This document shows positions 27,835 to 35,847 of a stretch of 64,000 bases of DNA, piece by piece. The stretch covers positions 518 to 64,517 of the forward strand of contig JBKHDR010000011.1 of the NCBI GenBank assembly GCA_046541235.1, in the 5' to 3' direction. The notes under the pieces are model-generated. The model was not told the origin of the DNA. It saw only the letters and a program-made list of their open reading frames with translations, and did no database searches. The number at the start of each line of letters is the position of its first letter. Position 1 is the stretch's first letter. The DNA comes from Cyclobacteriaceae bacterium. GTDB lineage: Bacteria; Bacteroidota; Bacteroidia; Cytophagales; Cyclobacteriaceae. Position numbers and translations under genes: made by a program.

Positions 27835-30600
27835 TCAATGGAAATACTGTATCTTTTGCAGCTTTATATTACCTATTATTCCGGAGGGTAGGGGCTCCCA
27901 GCCCGAGGCATCAAATTTCTGGTAGGTAATATCTACGAAGTTTATGTCATAAAAATTCTTCCACTCCACCTCCTGTTTATCCAACCCAATGATGCGGTTG
28001 GCCGACAAGTTTTGCACTATTACTTCCAGTTGGTTTTTACGCTTAAATTTTTCTGCCGGGATCAGCAGCTCGTAAGGGAGCGCCCAAATGGTGCCAACTT
28101 CTTCTCCGTTTAAAATAACCCGGGCGCTTTCTCTCAGGTCGTTAAACACCAGGCGGTAAGCTTCTACCAGATTTTCATCCGGGGGTAGTGTAAAGTTCAT
28201 TAGGTAGTGGGCTTTTCCGCTGAAGTGTAGCAGGCTGCTGTCGCCCCACTCCGTCCAGGAAACCAGGCTGTCAACACGATAGCTATCCTGCAGGCCTTCA
28301 GTGTTCCCAGAAACAAATTTCACATACCAGGGATTGTTGATAGTTATATCTTTAATAGCTGCCAGGTAGTTAAAAGGCGGCTGCTCTCCTTCCAATGGCT
28401 GGTCATAAGTGATCAGCAGCGCCGATGAGCCGGGAGGCAGTTGCAGGTAAAGCTGTGTCTGCCCGTCTATCATGCGGCTGTCGGCCAGGCCGCGCCTGCC
28501 ACCAATAAGCTCTACAATTTCCACAGCCTCACTGGCTACGCTCAGCCTGACCAGCCCCTCGCTAAACTGATCATTCAGGTTGGTCACAAAGTAAAGATGG
28601 CCAGCAGGATGCTTTTTGCGGATAAAATTCAGCCCCTGCTGCTTCATCTCCTCTGTCTGAATACTGCTGACCTCTGCCAGTTCTTCAGCAGCACCAAGCA
28701 GCCTGACGTTGGAAAATGACTTCAGTTCAGCAAGCAGATTTTTAAAAACCCTGGCACTATCTTCAGCTATACCATAGCCCGGAATCTGCTCTGGGAATTT
28801 TTCAGTAAAAACTACCTGTGCTCCTGCCTCTGCCAGCGTATGCAGCTTTCGGAGACTTGACAGTGGCAGGTAAGTCATGGGTGGCATTAAGATCGATTGA
28901 TAGGAGGTGCCTTCGCTATGGGAAACACCTTTTCCTTCCTCATAAGAAAGACCAGCCAACTGACGATCAGAGAGATAGTCAAAAGTATAGCCCTGCTCCC
29001 ACAGGTATTCGCTGAGTGAGCCGGCCGGGGTGGCGGAAAACCAGCGCTCGTATTTATGCACATCCAGCTGCAACAGCCATCGCTCAGGCTGCTGCTCTGT
29101 CCAGAGATCATGTATGGGAAAGTAAAGCAGGAGGTCGTGATCGGGCTCGGTATGCTGCAGGTAGCTCTGTACTTTGCTGATGTACTGATTCAGCTCGGGT
29201 AGTTCATCCCAGAAATGGGCGTTGCGGTTAAAATTAGTAGAGGCATAGAACAGCCAGCCGGGAAAGCCCGCCCTATCCGGTGAATAAGCCATCCCATGAA
29301 AAAAGATATGGTTGATACCTGCCGTAAAAAGCTCATCTACCTGCGGCTTGACCTGCGATAGCGCTACTTTGAAGTGGTTGCCCAGCCAGGTAGCTGTTTC
29401 GGAGCTTACCAGGGGCTTGCCCAGCAGATGAGCCGGTGAAGAGGCAAACTTCATCATCAGCGGTGAGGGCTGCCCAAAGCGTTCTATCTCAAAATCTTCG
29501 TCAATGCGCAGTCCGGGGATATCAAACTGGCTGGTGCCAAAGGATTCTGTCTCAGGAATGCTGGCCAGGGCGTAGAGATCCAGGATATTGCCCGGCGAAC
29601 CATGGGCCTGGTTCCGGGTTAGGATGGATTGCTCAGCGGCCCAGGAGGTCCAGCTTTGGGTAAACTGGGTATATAGGAGTTCAGCCAGTGTCTCCCGTAC
29701 ATCATGTAATACGGCACCGTACGAATCATGGGCTGTGTCGGCCAGCACGGGCAGCACCGAAGCCAGGGGATAACCCTGTAGAGCTACAAACTTTTCAGTA
29801 AAGTCAGCCGACCAGTTGGCACCGTAAGCTTCGTAGGAATCGTGATAGAAAGCCCGTGGCGGGTACTGGCTGAGTATGTCTGCAAAAGCTGAGTCATGGG
29901 TATCCAGGTATTTTTCAACAGCGGCCTGGTCAAAGTAATCCATCACCGGTCCTTCGCCTCCGGGTGCGGCTCGTTTTACCTGCTGCCCCGTGGGCGCACT
30001 GACCGCCAGGTAGAGGGTCCAGTCTCCTCTTTCCACTCTTTGCTCAATCACTCCATCCTCCCAGCCCTCTGGTATGATCAGCTGGCCATCGGCATTACTT
30101 AGTGCCAGTGCCTCTACATCAGCGAGTGCTTGAACCTGCTCTAGCGTATCCAGCCTGAAGCTGATTCTTTCTGAAGCAGGCAACTCGTAGCGCATAATTT
30201 CTACTTTTCTGGCAGCTTCTGCCTCGCTCACCATGGGGCCGCCGTAGGGCCAGCCGGTGCCCAGGGTCAGGTCAGTGCCCATCCCCAGCGAGTCGGCAGT
30301 ACGAATGGTATAGCTGACCATCTCCTGCCACTCAGGACTCAGGTAGGGCAAGAAGCGCTCCTCCTCTCCCCTGACACCGTAGATGGGAATGATATGTACG
30401 CCTCCCATGCCAGCCTGCTGCATGTCATTAAGCTGGGCGGCTATTTCGGCTTTATTTACCGCATTGCCCATCCACCACCAGTAGGTCCAGGGGCGGGTAG
30501 CAGAAGTGGCTTCACCGGAAAGAGGTTCAGTTTTTTTGGTGCAGGAAAAAGTCAGCAGGCATATAAGAATCAAATAGAAAAGGCAACGTATTTTACTCAT
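27835..30600 (-). CDS. Glycoside hydrolase family 106 (alpha-L-rhamnosidase-like) lipoprotein
   Basis: RPWTYWWWMGN, GMGGVHIIPIYG, GTGWPYGGP, DSYE, IPETESFG, GINHIFFHG; lipobox TFSC. Confidence 0.85.
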   Translation of the reverse strand: MSKIRCLFYLILICLLTFSCTKKTEPLSGEATSATRPWTYWWWMGNAVNKAEIAAQLNDMQQAGMGGVHIIPIYGVRGEEERFLPYLSPEWQEMVSYTIRTADSLGMGTDLTLGTGWPYGGPMVSEAEAARKVEIMRYELPASERISFRLDTLEQVQALADVEALALSNADGQLIIPEGWEDGVIEQRVERGDWTLYLAVSAPTGQQVKRAAPGGEGPVMDYFDQAAVEKYLDTHDSAFADILSQYPPRAFYHDSYEAYGANWSADFTEKFVALQGYPLASVLPVLADTAHDSYGAVLHDVRETLAELLYTQFTQSWTSWAAEQSILTRNQAHGSPGNILDLYALASIPETESFGTSQFDIPGLRIDEDFEIERFGQPSPLMMKFASSPAHLLGKPLVSSETATWLGNHFKVALSQVKPQVDELFTAGINHIFFHGMAYSPDRAGFPGWLFYASTNFNRNAHFWDELPELNQYISKVQSYLQHTEPDHDLLLYFPIHDLWTEQQPERWLLQLDVHKYERWFSATPAGSLSEYLWEQGYTFDYLSDRQLAGLSYEEGKGVSHSEGTSYQSILMPPMTYLPLSSLRKLHTLAEAGAQVVFTEKFPEQIPGYGIAEDSARVFKNLLAELKSFSNVRLLGAAEELAEVSSIQTEEMKQQGLNFIRKKHPAGHLYFVTNLNDQFSEGLVRLSVASEAVEIVELIGGRRGLADSRMIDGQTQLYLQLPPGSSALLITYDQPLEGEQPPFNYLAAIKDITINNPWYVKFVSGNTEGLQDSYRVDSLVSWTEWGDSSLLHFSGKAHYLMNFTLPPDENLVEAYRLVFNDLRESARVILNGEEVGTIWALPYELLIPAEKFKRKNQLEVIVQNLSANRIIGLDKQEVEWKNFYDINFVDITYQKFDASGWEPLPSGIIGNIKLQKIQYFH

Positions 30601-30673
30601 GTACTACGGCAAATGACCTTTGATCTTGAGGATTGTTGATATTGCACAAAAATTTTGAACTTCAAACTGTCAT

Positions 30674-31471
30674 CTACTTATAGGCAGACAGTATTTTCAT
30701 CACTCTTTCCATAGATTTGTCACGGGCCTGTTTGTTGGCGGCTTCGCTCTCAGGCTCATCACCCCTGCGCATGTAGGCATGCCCTGCGCCCGGATAGATC
30801 TCGTATCCATAGGTGTTGCCTGCCTTTTTCATCATTTCAGCCGTCTTTTCTATGGTAGCATTGACGCGCTGGTCATCGCCCCCGTAGAAGCCGTAAACTG
30901 GTACGCTTATTCGTTCTATGTCCGTATACGCATCGGGAGCCGTTCCGTAAAAAACCAGGGCGGCCTCTATCTCATCAGAATTGGTAGCAAAGCGAAAAGT
31001 CTGCGAACCACCCCAGCAGAAGCCCATCACCGCGACCTTGCCATTGGAGGCAGGGACATCAGCAATATAAGTCCTGACTGCCTTCAGGTCCTGGGTGACC
31101 TGCTCAGGGTCCAGCTGGTAAATGGCATTGCGGGCATCGTCTGAAGTAGCAAAATCATCGGTGTTTTTCATTTCTGCACTGAAATCAGAAAGCAGGTCGG
31201 GGGCAATGGCCAGGTAGCCTTCGGCCGCCAACTGATCGGCAAAGCTACGAACCCAGTCGGTGAGGCCACGGTTTTCGTGTATTACCAGTACCGCTGGCGC
31301 ATTGGTGGAAGTCTCAGGATAAGCCACAAAACTGCGGATGCTACGGTTGCCCAGGGGAATCTCTACCCACTCGTGATGACGGGGCGAATTGTCTAATTGC
31401 TTGAGCGCAAAATCCTGTGAAAAAGCCAGCGTGCCTGAGCTGCAAAGAAAAAAAGCCAGTAAAATTTTCAT
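30674..31471 (-). CDS. Dienelactone hydrolase family protein (secreted)
   Basis: VIHENRGL, IAPDLLS, GFCWGG, YPGAGHAY. Confidence 0.92.
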   Translation of the reverse strand: MKILLAFFLCSSGTLAFSQDFALKQLDNSPRHHEWVEIPLGNRSIRSFVAYPETSTNAPAVLVIHENRGLTDWVRSFADQLAAEGYLAIAPDLLSDFSAEMKNTDDFATSDDARNAIYQLDPEQVTQDLKAVRTYIADVPASNGKVAVMGFCWGGSQTFRFATNSDEIEAALVFYGTAPDAYTDIERISVPVYGFYGGDDQRVNATIEKTAEMMKKAGNTYGYEIYPGAGHAYMRRGDEPESEAANKQARDKSMERVMKILSAYK

Positions 31472-31548
31472 GGTTCAGCATTTAGGAAGTTTAGTCCGCT
31501 GAAGGTAAGCAATTACTGGCTTTTGAAGAAATCTGTTGGGTCAGGAAC

Positions 31549-31833
31549 TCAGTCCGGCAGATGGAGGCTGAGTTGCACCGTATCTTCTTCAGGCGTACCA
31601 AAACGGATACGGTAGCGTATCTCTCCTCCTTCTTCAAAATCTGTCTGGTCAGTGTAGGGAGAGCGGGCATTCTCTGCCAGCAGCTGCCATTCTTTACCGT
31701 TGATGCTGCGCTCTATGTGAACAGCTTCTTTGCAAAGTTTATCAAAAAACAGCCTGGGCTGTTGGTTTTCATCAAAAGTGATACTGGCTTTGTTGTGATG
31801 TTCTCCGGGTATGTGGTTTTTGGTTTCAGTCAT
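31549..31833 (-). CDS. Small hypothetical protein (beta-rich, FN3-like)
   Basis: 94 aa; IERSINGKEWQLL...YTD...YRIR pattern resembles FN3 strands. Lies in a same-strand gene string. Confidence 0.55.
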   Translation of the reverse strand: MTETKNHIPGEHHNKASITFDENQQPRLFFDKLCKEAVHIERSINGKEWQLLAENARSPYTDQTDFEEGGEIRYRIRFGTPEEDTVQLSLHLPD

Positions 31834-31848
31834 AATGCTTCTTTAGCT

Positions 31849-32061
31849 TTAAGGAATGATGCTGCTCAGCATGTCCCTGTTTTTCAAACTATCCAGCCTT
31901 CGCCTTTCATTTTCATCCATGTGAGGATACTCTTCTATTCTATACTCTTCCGGCCTATGTTCTTCCATCCTCCCGTCATGATCTACGTCAGTATCGTCAA
32001 TGGCTGGCGTACAGGCTGGCAGAAAAAACAGCAAAGCGATCAAAACTGGTATGCTTCTCAT
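31849..32061 (-). CDS. Small acidic lipoprotein
   Basis: MRSIPVLIALLFFLPAC lipobox followed by a D/E/R-rich tail. Confidence 0.6.
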   Translation of the reverse strand: MRSIPVLIALLFFLPACTPAIDDTDVDHDGRMEEHRPEEYRIEEYPHMDENERRRLDSLKNRDMLSSIIP

Positions 32062-32164
32062 AAGTGTTTCTTCAAGTTAGCTACATTTATACACTACCGA
32101 AACAAGCAAAATGTTGCTCATATTAGCATAATCCGGAAAAAGAAAAAAGCCCAGCTGCAAGTGT

Positions 32165-33907
32165 TCAGTTACTGGCCTGCATCCCGGTGGGCAGACATTG
32201 GTTAATAGACAGCCGCTGATCCAGTGAAGCTGTCTGCAGGGGAGTCGGCAGGTAGGCTGCCGCCATGCCTTCCTGCTCGGGGTTGAGCGCCAGGAACTGC
32301 TCGGCTTCAGGTATTTCGGCCTGGTTGGGATCGGCATTCTCCCAGTTTTGCAGGAATTCCTGGTAGTACTGATAAGCAGTAGAGCGGTCGTTGATTTCTT
32401 CGGCCGCCCTGGCCATGCCCAGCAGGGAGGCGCTCCGCTTAGGCGAACGTTCCAGGGCAATGGCAAAGCTCTCCATAGCCGCCTGCGGGTCTCCCATTTC
32501 CAAGAGTACCTCTCCGTAGAGTTCATGTATGGGCTTGATCACATCCGGCGGGCCGGTAGGCGGGTTCATGCTTTCTTCCAGGGCCAGGCCTTCTTCAAAA
32601 AGCTGGCGACTTTCGTCATTTTTACCCTTCGCAAAACGCTGGTAGCCTTTCAGGGCTTTTTCGTTGATCTGTATGAGATTTACGTAATAGTCATCTTCCT
32701 GGGCTTCAAACACCTCCCTGATCTGCTCCATATGTGAAAGGGCCTCTTCTGCTGCCTGCCATGACTTTAGGTTAACTGCGCTCAGGCCTGAAGCCAGCAG
32801 GTAACTTACCTGCGCATAGAGCGCCCGGCCTTTCTTTTCTTTCCAGTCGGGCAGGGGCAGTACCTGCCACTGCTGGGAGTTGACGATGAAATTGCCCTGC
32901 ATAACGGGCAGGTAGTAGTCAGAACTGCCTCCACCCACTTCTGCCACGGCATCTTTGATCACCTGCAGGTTGGCAGCTGAGTTTTCAAACTGACCGCCCT
33001 GTTCATAGCCGTATGACTTCCAGGCCAGGCTGTGGTAGTCCCAGTCGGAGATGGTCAGGCCTTTTCTTTCCACCCATTTCTGGGAGGCAGCAAAGGCCGC
33101 TGTGTTGGAGCTGACTACCTCATCCCAAAGCCCCAGCTGCACAAAGATGTGAGAGGGCATGTGCAGGGCGTGGTTAGATTCAGGCGCAATGCGTGCATAG
33201 GTACGGGCGGCATCCAGGGCCAGGGGCGCATGCAGCGGATCGTCCATGGCGTGGATCAAATAATGCACCGCCCCGGGATGTTCTCCGTTTTCGGCCATTA
33301 CCTTCTGGGCGACAGCCCCGGCTTCCATACGTTCCTTCTCATTGCCCTGGTTGTTGCGCAGTATACCCAGCAGCGATAGGGCGTAAAAAGTAGCTACTTC
33401 ATGATCACGGGGATACCTCTGGTAAAAGTTCTTCATGAAGTTCATGTAAGCGCGGTCGCGAAGCAGCTTATCTTCTTCATCGCCGTAGAGCAGGTCGAGC
33501 GACTGCAGGAACATGCGTTCTTTCTCTGAAGCAGTCTTCTGCAATCTTTCATCGGGTGTAGCGCCTAACTCCTGCAGTACCTTACGGGCTGCTTCTTTGT
33601 CCTGCACCTGCCAGAAGGTGCGGTTATAGCTCATGGCCTCGCCCCAGTAAGCCATGGCAAAATCAGGGTCAATGGCTCGGGCCTGCTGAAAAGCCTCCAG
33701 GGCTTCCGGGTACCAGAAGTTATGGAGAGCCGCCACGCCTCGCTCAAAATGCGGCAGGGCTTCCGGGCTTCCTTTTACCTCAAAAGCAATTTTTCCCAGC
33801 CTTGTCTCGGGAGCAGCGGTTTGACTATTGTTTTGGCAGGCAAAAAAGCTAAAGCACAAAAAAATGATAAGCAAACGTATCATAAGACCATAGTTTAAGT
33901 AGATCAA
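32165..33907 (-). CDS. TPR-repeat lipoprotein with conserved His-rich motifs
   Basis: Lipobox FFAC; TPRs (FQQARAIDPDFAMAYWG); HPGAVHYLIH, HALHMPSHIF, DYHSLAW. Confidence 0.8.
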   Translation of the reverse strand: MIYLNYGLMIRLLIIFLCFSFFACQNNSQTAAPETRLGKIAFEVKGSPEALPHFERGVAALHNFWYPEALEAFQQARAIDPDFAMAYWGEAMSYNRTFWQVQDKEAARKVLQELGATPDERLQKTASEKERMFLQSLDLLYGDEEDKLLRDRAYMNFMKNFYQRYPRDHEVATFYALSLLGILRNNQGNEKERMEAGAVAQKVMAENGEHPGAVHYLIHAMDDPLHAPLALDAARTYARIAPESNHALHMPSHIFVQLGLWDEVVSSNTAAFAASQKWVERKGLTISDWDYHSLAWKSYGYEQGGQFENSAANLQVIKDAVAEVGGGSSDYYLPVMQGNFIVNSQQWQVLPLPDWKEKKGRALYAQVSYLLASGLSAVNLKSWQAAEEALSHMEQIREVFEAQEDDYYVNLIQINEKALKGYQRFAKGKNDESRQLFEEGLALEESMNPPTGPPDVIKPIHELYGEVLLEMGDPQAAMESFAIALERSPKRSASLLGMARAAEEINDRSTAYQYYQEFLQNWENADPNQAEIPEAEQFLALNPEQEGMAAAYLPTPLQTASLDQRLSINQCLPTGMQASN

Positions 33908-33985
33908 TCAGGATGGACTGAAATTAACTACTTTTTGCTGTTAATACCAGAAAAGGGAGTTAGTAGTGATAAAAAAACATCAGCT

Positions 33986-34705
33986 TCAGCGCCGGTTCAG
34001 GCTCATTGCCTTGATTTCCGGCCGATCTTCCGCCAGGTAGTGGTAGTAAAATTCAGCACTTTCGGCCTCAACGGAGATACAACTCAGGCTGAGCGTCTGC
34101 AGTCCTCCGCTGCGGGTCATACGAAAATCCACTTCGGGGTCGCCTTCTCCCCCGTGCAGGTGGAAATCCCGGATATTTTCCGGGCTAAATTCAGGCTGCT
34201 GCGCCAGCCAGTTACCAAACCACTCCTGCCGCTTGGCCCTCATTAGTTCGTCGTAGAGGGTAACCGACGACCAGATACGAGGACGGTCGCCATCATGCTG
34301 CTGGTGATGCAACTCATGGGCATCCCAGCGTATCTCGTGCAGCTGACGCGCCCTATCCACCCTGACCAGCGTAAATGGCTCTATCTGATCAAAGTTGTAA
34401 TCGGCTATGAATGCATGGATATCCTCATAATCAAATGACTCCACGATGACCCGGCCCCGGCTTTTGCGGTACGGAGGTCGCCTGACATGGTTCTGGAAGG
34501 CACCATTGAGCAGACAGGCGGCTTCCCCATTCTCGCAGAGGAGGATCCAGGTACCTCCGCCCTGGGGATCAAGCGGCATCAATAGCTTACCGGTATGGCT
34601 CTGTGCTTCTGAGGGAAAGAGAGCTTGCTGACGCTCCCGGTCTTCGTCGCGGTTTGAAGTAAAAATAAAGCCTGTAGCTGTCGGTAAATAAGTAAGGGTA
34701 CACAT
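33986..34705 (-). CDS. NRDE/TANGO2 family protein
   Basis: Start MCT (ATG 34705), SNRDE, GGTWI, LLNG, SRG. Confidence 0.92.
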   Translation of the reverse strand: MCTLTYLPTATGFIFTSNRDEDRERQQALFPSEAQSHTGKLLMPLDPQGGGTWILLCENGEAACLLNGAFQNHVRRPPYRKSRGRVIVESFDYEDIHAFIADYNFDQIEPFTLVRVDRARQLHEIRWDAHELHHQQHDGDRPRIWSSVTLYDELMRAKRQEWFGNWLAQQPEFSPENIRDFHLHGGEGDPEVDFRMTRSGGLQTLSLSCISVEAESAEFYYHYLAEDRPEIKAMSLNRR

Positions 34706-34765
34706 ACTTTCTTTCGTCTGGAATTCATGCCGAGAACCCCGCAAAGACGTAAAAGTTTCAGCGGG

Positions 34766-35098
34766 TCAGAGCTGTATCCAGCCTGCCAGGTATGCGATTC
34801 CCATTAACAAAGCCAGTCCGCCCAGCACGATCAGGGTAATCATCCAGAGAGGCATCCCCTTTTCCAAAGGCTTATCAGAGGCGATAAGCTTATGTTTGAG
34901 CTGCTGCATGAAATAATACTCTATGCCATAGAGCACATCACGGTGCACATGAACCGTTTCGGCAAGTTCGGCATGTTCACGCATTCTCTGCTCAAATTCT
35001 TCCGCCTCATAAACATCCATCTTTCCCTGCACATAGCGGTCAATCTGGTTCCGGCGATTTTCAGCACCGTCATTCATCTTATTCTTCATAAAATTCAT
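34766..35098 (-). CDS. Small putative anti-sigma factor (single C-terminal TM)
   Basis: IDRYVQGKMDVYEAEEFEQRM; C-terminal hydrophobic helix; overlaps the end of the ECF sigma. Confidence 0.6.
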   Translation of the reverse strand: MNFMKNKMNDGAENRRNQIDRYVQGKMDVYEAEEFEQRMREHAELAETVHVHRDVLYGIEYYFMQQLKHKLIASDKPLEKGMPLWMITLIVLGGLALLMGIAYLAGWIQL

Positions 35099-35687
35099 CT
35101 GCGCTGTAACTATCGTTCAGCATCTTTTTGAGGTGAGTCAGGCAGCGAAGCATCTGGGTTTTTACCGCATTTTCATTTTTGTACTTCATAGTTTCGGCAA
35201 TGGCCTGTAAGCTGACCCCTTTGAAGTAAAACAGGCGAAGGGTGGTATGGCAGGGATCGCCTATCTGTACCATCAGCTTCGCTACAAATTTCTGCCGGTC
35301 GTTACCGGCGAAAGCCTCCACGGCATCTGCATAGAGGTTTCGGATCAGTTCTGTTTCCTCACCGCTGAGGGGGGAGGCTATTGAAAGTTTTCTACTCAGC
35401 ACGTATTTCGCAAGGGCAAAGAGATAGTTTTTGAGTGGGTTATTCATTTCCTGTAGCTTTTCCTTGACGATGTTGTGGTGTAGGCAGACCACTGCATCCT
35501 GAAAAGCATCAGCGGCAACTTCTTCATCGAGCTTATAGGTTTGCTGCGCCCACTGTATAAATTCCCTACGATGCGCCTGGTATAGTTTTATCAGGCTGTC
35601 TTCATCGCCACTTTTGAAACGGGAGATAAGCTGTTGATCTTCTAAATAAATCTCTTGCACAACTTTGCGATTACTTTGGTCAGACAA
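35079..35687 (-). CDS. ECF RNA polymerase sigma factor
   Basis: AADAFQDAV; IGDPCHTTLRLFYFKGVSLQAIAETMKYKNENAVKTQMLRCL. TTG start. Confidence 0.88.
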   Translation of the reverse strand: MSDQSNRKVVQEIYLEDQQLISRFKSGDEDSLIKLYQAHRREFIQWAQQTYKLDEEVAADAFQDAVVCLHHNIVKEKLQEMNNPLKNYLFALAKYVLSRKLSIASPLSGEETELIRNLYADAVEAFAGNDRQKFVAKLMVQIGDPCHTTLRLFYFKGVSLQAIAETMKYKNENAVKTQMLRCLTHLKKMLNDSYSADEFYEE

Positions 35688-35793
35688 TGTTAAAGGAATG
35701 ATGCGAAGGTATCCTTACTTTCTGGCACATTAATTTGCGGATGTAATTAAAAAGGAATTAGCCTAAAAAACAGCTTCAAAAAAACTTCGGATC

Positions 35794-35825
35794 AAAAAAA
35801 AAGCCACTCTCTCAGAGTGGCTTTT
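35794..35825 (-). terminator. Rho-independent terminator after PBP1A
   Basis: AAAAGCCACTCT-ctc-AGAGTGGCTTTT perfect hairpin with an A run on the left. Confidence 0.8.
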
Positions 35826-35847
35826 GTAGTATTGTCTCAGGTATTTA

